Positions 20,496 through 28,910 of a DNA stretch of 64,000 nt are shown here, piece after piece. Source of the DNA: Thermoanaerobaculia bacterium (GTDB lineage: Bacteria > Acidobacteriota > Thermoanaerobaculia > Multivoradales > Multivoraceae); the NCBI GenBank assembly GCA_963666565.1, contig OY762911.1, forward strand, positions 320,001 to 384,000, written 5' to 3'. Each line of letters opens with the position of its first letter. The stretch's first letter is position 1. Below the pieces are notes generated by a model. It saw nothing but the letters and a program-made list of their open reading frames with translations. It made no database searches and was not told the DNA's origin. A program made the translations under genes and the position numbers.

Positions 20496-20876
20496 CTAGC
20501 CGGCGGCCAACTGCGCCTCGTAGTCGGCGGCGCTCAGCAGATCGTCCGGCAGGTCGGCGCCGTCCAGCCGCAGCCGGACCAGCCAGCCCTCGCCGTAGGG
20601 GTCCTCGTTGACGAGTTCGGGGGCGTCCTCCAGTCCGACGTTCACGGCCAGGACCGCTCCCGCCACCGGCGTGTAGATCTCCGCCACCGCCTTGACCGAC
20701 TCGATCGCGCCGACCTCGGCGCCGGCCGCGAACTCCAGGTCCGGTGCCGGCAGTTCGACGAACACGACGTCTCCCAGCTCCTGCTGGGCGAAGTCCGTGA
20801 TGCCGAGCACGGCTTCGTCGTCCTCGACCTTGAGCCACTCGTGTTGCGCCGTGTACAGGCGGTCGTCGGGGATCAT
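20496..20876 (-). CDS. gcvH: Glycine cleavage system H protein
   Basis: HEW, GITDFAQQELGD, lipoyl motif ESVKA, DPYGEGW. Confidence 0.97.
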   Translation of the reverse strand: MIPDDRLYTAQHEWLKVEDDEAVLGITDFAQQELGDVVFVELPAPDLEFAAGAEVGAIESVKAVAEIYTPVAGAVLAVNVGLEDAPELVNEDPYGEGWLVRLRLDGADLPDDLLSAADYEAQLAAG

Positions 20877-20892
20877 TGGCACCTCGTATTGC

Positions 20893-22017
20893 TCAGGCGC
20901 CCGCCTTCGGACGCCGGTAGAAAGGTAGTTTGACGATACGGCAGTCGAGTTCCCGGCCGCGAACCGCAACCGTGGCCGCGCTGCCGGGAGCGGGCGGCCC
21001 GGCGTCGCCGCAGTCCAGCCGGGCGATGCCGATGGCCCGGCCCAGCGTGGGCGCGAAGGCGCCGCTGGTCACCGGGCCGGCACAGCCCGGAACATCCCGG
21101 AGCGTCAGGCGATGGCCGTGCCGGGCGATGCCGCGACCGTCGACTTCGAAGCCGACCAGCCGGTGGCGGCAGCCGTCCTCCCGCTGGCGGACAAGGGCGT
21201 CGCGGCCGGCGAACTCGCCCTTCTTCCACTTGACGATCCAGGACAGGCCCGCCTCGATGGGGGTCGTCTCCTCGTCGATGTCCTGGCCGCAGAGCATCAT
21301 CCCGGCTTCGAGCCGGAGCGTGTCGCGAGCGCCCAGGCCCGCCGGAACGAGGCCAACGTCGCGGCCGCGCTCCAGCAGTTCGGCCCACAGATCCTCCGCC
21401 CGGCCGGCGGCGACGTAGATCTCGAAGCCGTCCTCGCCCGTGTAGCCGGTGCGCGACACCAGGCGCCGAGCCTCGTCCTCCGCCGGGCGGTCGCGGAGGA
21501 ACGAGTAGTACCGGAGTTCCGCCGCGGCGGCGCCGACGACGTCCGCGACGATCTCCGCCGCGCGCGGCCCCTGCACGGCGATCAGGGCGGTCTCGTCGCT
21601 CCGGTCGTCGACCCGGACGCCGTCGGCCTCCGCCGCGGCCGCCGCCTCGACGAGTTCCAGGTCGCGCGCCCTCGACGCGGCGTTGACCACGAGGAGGTAG
21701 TCCTCCGGGTCGAGGCAGTAGACGAGCAGGTCGTCGATGAAGGTGCCCCGCTCCGTCAGCAGCGCGCTGTACTGGGCGCGGCACGGCTCGAGCGCGGCGA
21801 CGTCGTTCGGGGTCAACCGCTGGAGGAGGGGCAGCGCCCGCGGCCCGCGCACGCGGATCTCCCCCATGTGGGAGACGTCGAACATCCCGGCGCGCTCGCG
21901 CACCGCGCGGTGCTCGGCGAGCACGCCCTCGTACCGGATCGGCATCTCGTAGCCGGCGAAGGGTCCGAAGCGGGCGCCCGCCTCGACGTGACGCCTGTGC
22001 AGCACCGTCCGTTGCAT
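20893..22017 (-). CDS. gcvT: Glycine cleavage system aminomethyltransferase T
   Basis: FDVSHMGE, SRTGYTGEDGFE, GLGARDTLRLEAG. Confidence 0.97.
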   Translation of the reverse strand: MQRTVLHRRHVEAGARFGPFAGYEMPIRYEGVLAEHRAVRERAGMFDVSHMGEIRVRGPRALPLLQRLTPNDVAALEPCRAQYSALLTERGTFIDDLLVYCLDPEDYLLVVNAASRARDLELVEAAAAAEADGVRVDDRSDETALIAVQGPRAAEIVADVVGAAAAELRYYSFLRDRPAEDEARRLVSRTGYTGEDGFEIYVAAGRAEDLWAELLERGRDVGLVPAGLGARDTLRLEAGMMLCGQDIDEETTPIEAGLSWIVKWKKGEFAGRDALVRQREDGCRHRLVGFEVDGRGIARHGHRLTLRDVPGCAGPVTSGAFAPTLGRAIGIARLDCGDAGPPAPGSAATVAVRGRELDCRIVKLPFYRRPKAGA

Positions 22018-22090
22018 GGTCCCTACCTTGTCACCAGTCGGCCTTCGGCGGTAGGCCTCGACCCACCCCGCGGGCCGGGACGCCCGAACG

Positions 22091-23416
22091 TCACGTGCGC
22101 GCGACCGGGCGGCCGCCCTTCGTTGGCAGGTCCCGTTCGCCGTCCCGGGCGGGAAGCCCGACCGTCACCCGCAGGCGATCCGGGTGGATGTGGCGCCGGG
22201 CGGCCTCGAAGACGCCCGCGGGGGTGAGCCGCACGATCCGTTCGAGCCGCCAGGAACGGCGGTGGCTGGGCAGGCCGTGGAGCAACGAGTCCACCAGCAG
22301 GGCGGCCTGGAGAGCGGCGGTCTCGGTGGCGAAGGGCTCGCGGCCGAACATGCCGGTCCTGCACTCCTCGACGACCGGCGCCGCGGGGGGTTCGCTCAAC
22401 ACGAGCCGGAGCGAGTCCCGGACGAGTTCGAGGCCGCGCTCGACGCGGTCGGGATGGGTGCCGAGGTAGACGGAGAGGGCGCCCGGATCGGTTCCGGCGC
22501 CGGCCAGCAGGTCGACGTGGGCGGCGTAGGCGAGTCCCTCCCGCTCGCGGACGCGGTTCGGGATCAGGCCGGCAAGACCGTCGGAACCGAGGAGGATGCC
22601 GAGGGCCCGGAGTTCGGGCAGGTCGGGGTGGGTGCGGTTCACCGTGAAGTGGCCGGCGTAGACGTGGGCCTGCTCGCGCGAGGCGGTGGCGACTTCGATG
22701 CGGCGTTCGGGGCGGCCGGGCGGCGGCGGGGGCGGCGCCGGGGACTCGTCCGCGGACGGAGTGCGGGTCGGAAGACCCGCGCACCCAGTCCCGAAGAGGC
22801 GTTCGAGCCGGGCCAGGACTTCGTGCTCGTCGATGGCGCCGGCGACCGCGACGACGCCGCCCCGCGCGAGGGCGTCCCGGTGGAACCGCCGGCAGTCCTC
22901 CGGCGACAGGCCGGCGAGCGACTCCGGCGTTCCCTGGCTCGGCGCCGCGAGCGGGTGCGGGTGGTAGAGCTGATCGCGGAAGGCCCAGCCGGTGACGACC
23001 TCCGGACGGTCCGCCAGGCTCAGCAGGTCGCCGAGGGTCTGGTCGCGGAGGAGCTCGAACCGGTCGTGCGGGAACGTCGGCGAGAGCAGCAGTTCGGCCA
23101 GCCAGTCGAGGGCGAGGCCGGCATCGGCAGCGAGGGCGTCGACGGACAGGCCGTGGACCTCGGCGGTCGCCGAGCCGTCGACGGAGACGCCGTGCGCCTC
23201 GGCCTGCTCGGCGATCTCGCGCCAGGCGCGCGACTTCGTGCCCTCGACCAGCATCCGGCCGGTGAGCAGCGAGATGCCCGGGGACGGCTCCGTACGGGCG
23301 CCGCCCCGCAACCAGGCGCGCGCGGCGACGACGTCGGCGGCGGGGACGCGCAGAGCGGCCAGGCGGAGGCGGCCGGACCAGAGGTCGAGACGGGAAGGCT
23401 CGCGGTCGGGCGGCAT
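22091..23416 (-). CDS. M16 family peptidase, non-catalytic partner; REP translated in its linker
   Basis: M16 fold, VREREGLAY, no HxxEH; REP at 22763-22788 encodes part of TGCAGLPTR. Confidence 0.85.
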   Translation of the reverse strand: MPPDREPSRLDLWSGRLRLAALRVPAADVVAARAWLRGGARTEPSPGISLLTGRMLVEGTKSRAWREIAEQAEAHGVSVDGSATAEVHGLSVDALAADAGLALDWLAELLLSPTFPHDRFELLRDQTLGDLLSLADRPEVVTGWAFRDQLYHPHPLAAPSQGTPESLAGLSPEDCRRFHRDALARGGVVAVAGAIDEHEVLARLERLFGTGCAGLPTRTPSADESPAPPPPPPGRPERRIEVATASREQAHVYAGHFTVNRTHPDLPELRALGILLGSDGLAGLIPNRVREREGLAYAAHVDLLAGAGTDPGALSVYLGTHPDRVERGLELVRDSLRLVLSEPPAAPVVEECRTGMFGREPFATETAALQAALLVDSLLHGLPSHRRSWRLERIVRLTPAGVFEAARRHIHPDRLRVTVGLPARDGERDLPTKGGRPVART

Positions 23417-23419
23417 TCG

Positions 23420-24832
23420 TTACGGCGCGCCTTCGGGGAGAGACCAGCCGACGACGCGCGTTTCCGGGGCGAGCCAGGCGGCACAGGCGGCGGCGACGTC
23501 GGAGGCGGTTGCGGCCGCCAGGGACTCGAAGGAGTCGCGGCTGAATCCGGGTCGGAACAGGGCGTGTTCGAGGGCCGCCGTCACGGCGCGTTCGGCGATT
23601 CGCTCGTGCAGGAAGACCCAGTCGGCGAAGAGGATTCCCTTTGCGCGCTCAAGTTCTTCGGCCGCCGGCGGATGGCTCGCGAGCGCGTCGACCCGCGAGC
23701 AGAATTCCTGCTCCAGCCGCTCGGGCTCGACCCCGGCCGCGGCCTCCGCGGAGAGGGTCGCCATGCCGCCGAGCCGGTGTCCGGTCACGGCGGCCGAGGC
23801 CCAGAGCGCCAGCGGGTTCTCCTCGACGAGTTCGCGCTGGACGCGGCTGGAGCGTCCGCTGCCGAGGACGGCGAGCGCGAGACGGAGATGAACGTATGCC
23901 GGATCGTCCGGCGCGGGCGCCGGGTGCGCGACGAGCAGCCGCGGCGTCTCGCCGCGGCGCAACGCGACCCGGCGATACCGGGCGCCTTGGGCGCGCCGGG
24001 TGCGCGGGTCCTCCGACCCGCTGCCGCCAGAGGCGGCGTCCAACATCGTCGCCGGCCTTTGGCCGGCGGCCCCTTCGTTCGGGCTACGCCGCTCCGCGGC
24101 GCCGCCCGTGAGCGGGTCGGAAGACCCGCGCACCCAGGGCGGGTCGGAAGACCCGCGCGCCCGGCGCACCCGGCGGACAGCTCCGAGCGCCGCTTCGATC
24201 CGTTCCATCGCATCCGCCGGCACGCCCCCGGCACAGACCAGCACCGCCCGGCCGGGCCGGTAGTGCAGCCGGTGAAACGACCGGAGCGCCGCGGCGTCGA
24301 GCGAGCGCAGGCTCTCCCTCGTGCCGAGTACGGGCCGCGCGTAGGGATGGTCGCCGAAGACGCGCTCGGCGACGGCCTGCCCGAGGGCGTCCCACGGATC
24401 GTCCTCGACCATCCGGATCTCCTCCAGGATCACCTCCCGCTCGAGCTCCAGTTCCTCGGCCAGCAGGCTCAGGCCCCGCATCCGGTCGGCCTCGATCCGG
24501 AGCGCCTCCCGCCAGGATCCGCGCTCGAACTGGAAGTGGTACACGGTCGCGTCGTGCGAGGTGAAGGCGTTGTTCGTGCCGCCCAAACGCTGGGTCAGAC
24601 GGTCGATGGCGCCGGGCTCGTAGTCCGCGGAGCCCTTGAACATCATGTGCTCCAGGAAGTGGGCGAGGCCGGACTCGTCCGGCGCTTCGTCGCGGCTGCC
24701 GGCGCGATAGCAGAGGACGACGGCGACGGACCCGGCGTCCGCCTGAGGCAGCAGGACGACGCGCAGGCCGTTGCCGAGCGTCTCGGTCCGGCCGGCGACC
24801 CGGTCGAACGCGCGCAGATCGATGGCGGTCAT
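23420..24832 (-). CDS. M16 family Zn peptidase (pitrilysin-like); REPIN translated in its linker
   Basis: GLAHFLEHMMFKG, NAFT, REVILEE. Confidence 0.9.
   Translation of the reverse strand: MTAIDLRAFDRVAGRTETLGNGLRVVLLPQADAGSVAVVLCYRAGSRDEAPDESGLAHFLEHMMFKGSADYEPGAIDRLTQRLGGTNNAFTSHDATVYHFQFERGSWREALRIEADRMRGLSLLAEELELEREVILEEIRMVEDDPWDALGQAVAERVFGDHPYARPVLGTRESLRSLDAAALRSFHRLHYRPGRAVLVCAGGVPADAMERIEAALGAVRRVRRARGSSDPPWVRGSSDPLTGGAAERRSPNEGAAGQRPATMLDAASGGSGSEDPRTRRAQGARYRRVALRRGETPRLLVAHPAPAPDDPAYVHLRLALAVLGSGRSSRVQRELVEENPLALWASAAVTGHRLGGMATLSAEAAAGVEPERLEQEFCSRVDALASHPPAAEELERAKGILFADWVFLHERIAERAVTAALEHALFRPGFSRDSFESLAAATASDVAAACAAWLAPETRVVGWSLPEGAP
23998..24172. repeat. REPIN-like element plus an extra REP copy inside the M16 peptidase ORF
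   Basis: Three REP arms; internal sequence nearly identical to about 17098-17182. Confidence 0.85.
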
Positions 24833-25746
24833 GCCAGCGCGCAGTCGTGGACCGCGTCCACTTCGAAGCGCCCGCCCACGTTCGACCAGACCAGTTGTTC
24901 GACCCGGGCCGACCGGCTCTCCGGTCCGGCGTCCAGGACGATCCAGTTGCAACTGTTCCTGCCCTCTTCCGTTCCGCGCCCGCGCCTGGAGGTGGACGTG
25001 CCGCTGTGCACCAGCCAGAGCGGGCGCGGGCAGTTCGGCGCCAAGCCCACGGCGGCAACGTGGACGTGGCCCGACAGGACGAGGTCGACGCCGGCCTCCG
25101 CGAACGCGGCCAGGGCTTCGTCGCTCCGGCACGCGGTGCGCCAACCCATCAACTCCGGCAGGGCCGCCAGCGGGTGATGGGCGATCGCTATCCGTACGGG
25201 CGCCGACGGGTCGCCCGCCGCACTTTCGGCTGTGCCCCCGCCGGCGGCCGCAACCGCCTCGCGGCCTGCAACTCCGGCCGCCGCCGGGGCGGGCGCGCCG
25301 GCCTTCCGGTCCGCGTCGCGCGCGGCCCCGGCGCCGAACCGCGCGCCGACGCCCGCCAACTGCCCGCGGGTGAAGCGGCCGTTGTCGATCGTCAGGTTGA
25401 ACGCCGTGTTGAAGCCGGCGACTTCCATCTCCGCGTCGCGGAAGCCGGGCTCGAGGTCGCGGCTGAAGTGCCGGCGGTAGGCGCCGTAGCGGTCGAGCAG
25501 GCGCTCCCACACCCGGTACATCGGCACGTCGTGGTTGCCCGGAACGGCGAGGAAGGGAGCGCCGAGCCCTTCCAGAAACCGGCGCGCGTCCCGGAACTGG
25601 TCGGCCCTGGCCCGCTGGGTCAGGTCTCCCGACACGACGACGAGGTCCGGCCGCCGCTCCGCGACCAGCGCTTCGACGCCCACGGCCGCCGGCCGGTAGT
25701 GCGGCGGCCCGAAGTGGATGTCGGAGAGGTGAAGCAGACGGCGCAG
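24829..25746 (-). CDS. Metallophosphoesterase (calcineurin-like), probable CTG start
   Basis: LHLSDIHFG lies upstream of the first GTG; SGDLT, PGNHD, HHP, SGHVH motifs. Confidence 0.85.
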   Translation of the reverse strand: MRRLLHLSDIHFGPPHYRPAAVGVEALVAERRPDLVVVSGDLTQRARADQFRDARRFLEGLGAPFLAVPGNHDVPMYRVWERLLDRYGAYRRHFSRDLEPGFRDAEMEVAGFNTAFNLTIDNGRFTRGQLAGVGARFGAGAARDADRKAGAPAPAAAGVAGREAVAAAGGGTAESAAGDPSAPVRIAIAHHPLAALPELMGWRTACRSDEALAAFAEAGVDLVLSGHVHVAAVGLAPNCPRPLWLVHSGTSTSRRGRGTEEGRNSCNWIVLDAGPESRSARVEQLVWSNVGGRFEVDAVHDCALA

Positions 25747-25759
25747 CGGACCAGCGGCT

Positions 25760-25990
25760 CTAGCGGATGAGGAAGCCGCGCACGCTCTCGTCGACCCGCT
25801 CGCCGGCGAGGTCGCCCAGAATGCCGAGGATCTCCCGGCCCCTGGCCCGACCGATCAGGAAACCGACCGAGGCCGCGACCGCCACCGAGGCAAGCGGATA
25901 CGCCCGCACCAGGGCCACCCAGTCGAGACCCGGCGTCAGGCTGCCGACGATCCGGTCTTCGATGGCCTGCCGCTCAGGATCGGCGGTCAC
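25760..25990 (-). CDS. Small hypothetical membrane protein
   Basis: YPLASVAVAASVGFLIG, a YqjD-like TM anchor; overlaps the upstream gene end. Confidence 0.6.
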   Translation of the reverse strand: MTADPERQAIEDRIVGSLTPGLDWVALVRAYPLASVAVAASVGFLIGRARGREILGILGDLAGERVDESVRGFLIR

Positions 25991-26366
25991 GGCGCAGGAG
26001 GAATCCCAGGACGAAGCCCGCCGCGGCGGCGATCAGCACCGCCCGGCCCGGGTTGTCGCGGACGTACACGTTCACGTCGCCGACCAGTTGGTCCAGATCC
26101 TTGCGCGCGCGCTCGTAGCCGTGGCCGAGCTTCTCCCTGGCGACGCCGTAGCCCTCCTTGGCCGCTTCGCCGGCCCGGGACGACGCCTTCTTGACCCGTG
26201 CCGACAGGCGGGAGTCCCTCATCCGCTCGCGGGCCGCGTCGACGCCGTGGCTGACGGCCGAGCGGGCCTTCTCCACCCCTTCGGCGACCGCTTCGCGGGC
26301 CAGATCCATCGACGTCACGTTGCCGCCCCCGTCCTCGTCGCCGTCCTTCTTCCTGGCGTTGCTCAT
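25974..26366 (-). CDS. DUF883/ElaB/YqjD family protein
   Basis: C-terminal YVRDNPGRAVLIAAAAGFVLGFLLRR. Confidence 0.85.
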   Translation of the reverse strand: MSNARKKDGDEDGGGNVTSMDLAREAVAEGVEKARSAVSHGVDAARERMRDSRLSARVKKASSRAGEAAKEGYGVAREKLGHGYERARKDLDQLVGDVNVYVRDNPGRAVLIAAAAGFVLGFLLRRDRRS

Positions 26367-26468
26367 GTCTCGTCTTCTGGTTGTTCGTGAATGGTGCTTC
26401 TCGCCCGCCGATCATACACCCGACGCTGCTACAATCCGCCGCCGCTGGAGGCGCGGCAGCGTTCTCGT

Positions 26469-26544
26469 GGGGCAGTAGCTCAGTTGGGAGAGCACCACGT
26501 TCGCAACGTGGGGGTCGAGGGTTCAAGTCCCTTCTGCTCCACCA
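26469..26544 (+). tRNA. tRNA-Ala(CGC)
   Basis: 76-nt cloverleaf; acceptor GGGGCAG/CTGCTCC with G3:U70; anticodon loop TTCGCAA; GTTCAAG T-loop; encoded CCA. Confidence 0.97.
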
Positions 26545-26549
26545 CTTCC

Positions 26550-27353
26550 TCAGAAGTTCGGATTCTCGCCTTCCGGGTCTTCCTGGGCGCGGCCGACCAT
26601 CGGCACGAAGCGGACGACGTCGACCTGGCGGCGTTCGAGTCCGTCGGGGGTCTTGCGGATGACCACCAGGTCCTGAAGAGCGCCGCCGACCGGCGCCACG
26701 AGGATGCCGTTCACCTTGAGCTGTTCGATCAGCGGCGGCGGCACTTCAGCCGGCGCGGCGGCAACCAGGATGCCGTCGAAGGGCGCCTCTTCCGGCCAAC
26801 CGCGGTAGCCGTCGCCGACCCGGATCTCGACGTTGCCGTACCCCAGGTCGGCCAGCACGTCCCGCGCCCGCTCGGCCAGGCCGTCGATGATCTCGATGGA
26901 ATGGACGCGCCGGGCCAGGCGCGCCAGCACCGCCGTCGTGTAGCCGGAACCGGTGCCGATCTCGAGCAGCTTCTCGTCGCCGTCGAGCTCCAGGAGGTCG
27001 GCCATCAACGCCACCACGTACGGCTGGGAGACCGTCTGGCCGGCGCCGATCTGCACCGGTTCGTCGCCGTAGGCGTCGTCTCGCAGGGAATCCGGCACGA
27101 ACTCGTGGCGGGGCACCGTCCGGAGCGCGTTCAGCAGCCTCGGTTCCTCGATCCCCCGGCCCCGGATCTGCTCCTCGACCATGGCCCGGCGCTGCGCGGC
27201 GAAGAGGTCGCCCTGGCCCGGCGGCTGGGCGGACGCGCCGGCCGCCGCGAACACGCAGACGGCGGCGGCGAGCGCAAGCGCGGTCCGAACCGGCCGCCCG
27301 GGGCGGCCGCCGGTCCGCGGCGCCTTCGACTTCGACTGCCGGACCCGTCGCAC
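26550..27353 (-). CDS. pcm: Protein-L-isoaspartate O-methyltransferase with N-terminal signal-like extension
   Basis: VPRHEFVP, GQTVSQPYVVA, LEIGTGSGY, GDGYRGWPEEAPFD, VRFVPM; start uncertain. Confidence 0.93.
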   Translation of the reverse strand: MRRVRQSKSKAPRTGGRPGRPVRTALALAAAVCVFAAAGASAQPPGQGDLFAAQRRAMVEEQIRGRGIEEPRLLNALRTVPRHEFVPDSLRDDAYGDEPVQIGAGQTVSQPYVVALMADLLELDGDEKLLEIGTGSGYTTAVLARLARRVHSIEIIDGLAERARDVLADLGYGNVEIRVGDGYRGWPEEAPFDGILVAAAPAEVPPPLIEQLKVNGILVAPVGGALQDLVVIRKTPDGLERRQVDVVRFVPMVGRAQEDPEGENPNF

Positions 27354-27476
27354 GGCCGCAATGATAGGCAAACGCCGTACCGGGTCGCTGGGTAATGGGA
27401 TGGTCCGCCCCGCCCTCTACGGCCTCTTGTAGGGCCAGAATGGGTTTTTCCCAACCAACAAGGGAGGAGACGGACC

Positions 27477-28535
27477 ATGAAGAAGGTTACTCGAGTCGGT
27501 ATCGATCTGGGCAAGCGCCTGTTCCAGGTGTGCGCGATGGACTCGTCGGGCGCGGTGGTGTTTCAGCGTCAGGTGAAGGCGTCGGGGCTGATGGAGTTGA
27601 TGGTGCAGCTCGAGCCGTGCCTGGTGGGCATGGAGGCGAGCTGCGGCGCGCACTACTGGGTGGAGAAGCTGAGCGCTCTGGGTCACGACGCGCGGATGAT
27701 GAGTCCTCAGTTCGTGCGGCCTTACGTGAAGTCGAACAAGAGCGACTACCACGACGCGGAGGCGATCTGCGAGGCGGTGTCCCGTCCGACGATGCGTTTC
27801 GTGCCGTACAAGACGAAGGAGCAGCGTGCTCTTCAGCAGGTTCATCGGAGCCGGGAGGCGGCGCTTCGCCGTCGCACGCAGTTGGTGAACCAGTTGCGGG
27901 GATTCCTGGGCGAGTACGGGATCGTGCTGCGTCAGGGCCGGGCGGTGGTCATGCGGGCGGTGCCCGACATCGCGAGCGACGCGGAGCGCGAGCTGCCGGG
28001 TCAGTTTCGCGCGCTGCTGTGGATGCAGTACGAGGCTCTGATGCAGGTCCACAAGGAGGTCGAGGACCTGACCGCGATGCTGGTGCGGGAGTCGAAGGAG
28101 AACCCTCACTGCCAGCGTCTGATGTCGATTCCGGGCATCGGTCCGATCGTGGCGACGGCGATCGTGGCGGCGGTGGGCAACGGCTGGGCTTTCAGCAGCG
28201 GTCGTCAGATGTCGGCCTGGATGGGCTTGGTGCCGCGTCAGGACTCGACCGGGGGTCGCACGGTGCTGCGCGGGATCAGCAAGCGCGGCGACCGTTACCT
28301 GCGCTCGCTCCTGATCCACGGTGCGCGGGCGGTCCTGCGCACGGCGGCGAAGGGCGAGCGAACGCGGCTGAAGGGCTGGGCGCTCGACGTCAAGCGGCGC
28401 CGGGGGCCGAACGTCGCCACGGTGGCACTGGCCAACAAGCTGGGCCGCATCGCCTGGGCGGTGCTTCGCCGCGGCGAGCTGTACCGCGACGACCGCCTCG
28501 CCGGGTCTCGGCAGAAGGTCTCTCGGGCCGCGTAG
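27477..28535 (+). CDS. IS110 family DEDD recombinase/transposase
   Basis: GIDLGK, MEASCG, KSDYHDAEAI, SIPGIG, GLVPRQDSTGG, ISKRGDRYLR. Confidence 0.96.
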   Translation: MKKVTRVGIDLGKRLFQVCAMDSSGAVVFQRQVKASGLMELMVQLEPCLVGMEASCGAHYWVEKLSALGHDARMMSPQFVRPYVKSNKSDYHDAEAICEAVSRPTMRFVPYKTKEQRALQQVHRSREAALRRRTQLVNQLRGFLGEYGIVLRQGRAVVMRAVPDIASDAERELPGQFRALLWMQYEALMQVHKEVEDLTAMLVRESKENPHCQRLMSIPGIGPIVATAIVAAVGNGWAFSSGRQMSAWMGLVPRQDSTGGRTVLRGISKRGDRYLRSLLIHGARAVLRTAAKGERTRLKGWALDVKRRRGPNVATVALANKLGRIAWAVLRRGELYRDDRLAGSRQKVSRAA

Positions 28536-28584
28536 CAGGCGGCTCGATCCACATCGAATCAACCAAGGAGGATTGCCCCACCAA

Positions 28585-28776
28585 GTCGTTGCGAGGACAC
28601 AACGGAGCGATGGCGAAACAGGTCGGACCGGCGCGTCGAGAGCCTGAACCCGCGCAGGGCCATTCAACAGGCCGTCTGGGTGTACAGAAGAGACGACGCG
28701 CGCGTATTCCATCGGGGCCAGGGAGCTCGAAACCACGAGACGCCCAACAACAGGCCGAATACATGCAAGCAACGAC
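28585..28776 (+). ncRNA. Predicted bridge RNA / seekRNA of the IS1111 element
   Basis: Stems gtcgttgc/gcaacgac and gcgcgtcg/cgacgcgc enclose guide segments matching the target (28648-28656, 28676-28682) and donor junction (28706-28712, 28759-28764); ends approximate. Confidence 0.75.
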
Positions 28777-28833
28777 ACCTCTCTCGCCGGAACTCCGGAA
28801 AGTGCCCTTGCACAAGCGGGGCGGACCATACAT

Positions 28834-28910
28834 GCGCGGGTCGGGACGGCCTTCGGCCGGCGCGTTCCTGGCGGCCTTCGGCGGCAGCGGGTCAGAAGAC
28901 CCGCGCACCC
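28834..28910. repeat. Remainder of the REPIN targeted by the IS
   Basis: gcgcgggtc...gcgggtcagaagacccgcgcaccc; supplies the stop codon of the PP2C gene. Confidence 0.8.

Larger units (their letters stand above)
27394..28833 (+). mobile_element. IS110 family, IS1111 group insertion sequence inserted in a REP
   Basis: Sub-terminal 14-bp IRs atggtccgccccgc (27400-27413) and gcggggcggaccat (28816-28829); no TSD; flanks rejoin as gctgggt|gcgcgggtc, a REP arm. Confidence 0.93.

Noticed and set aside
26469-26544. tRNA-Ala as an island attachment site
   Set aside because: No integrase and no duplicated tRNA 3' end noticed; no att-like repeats seen at the defence island edges either.
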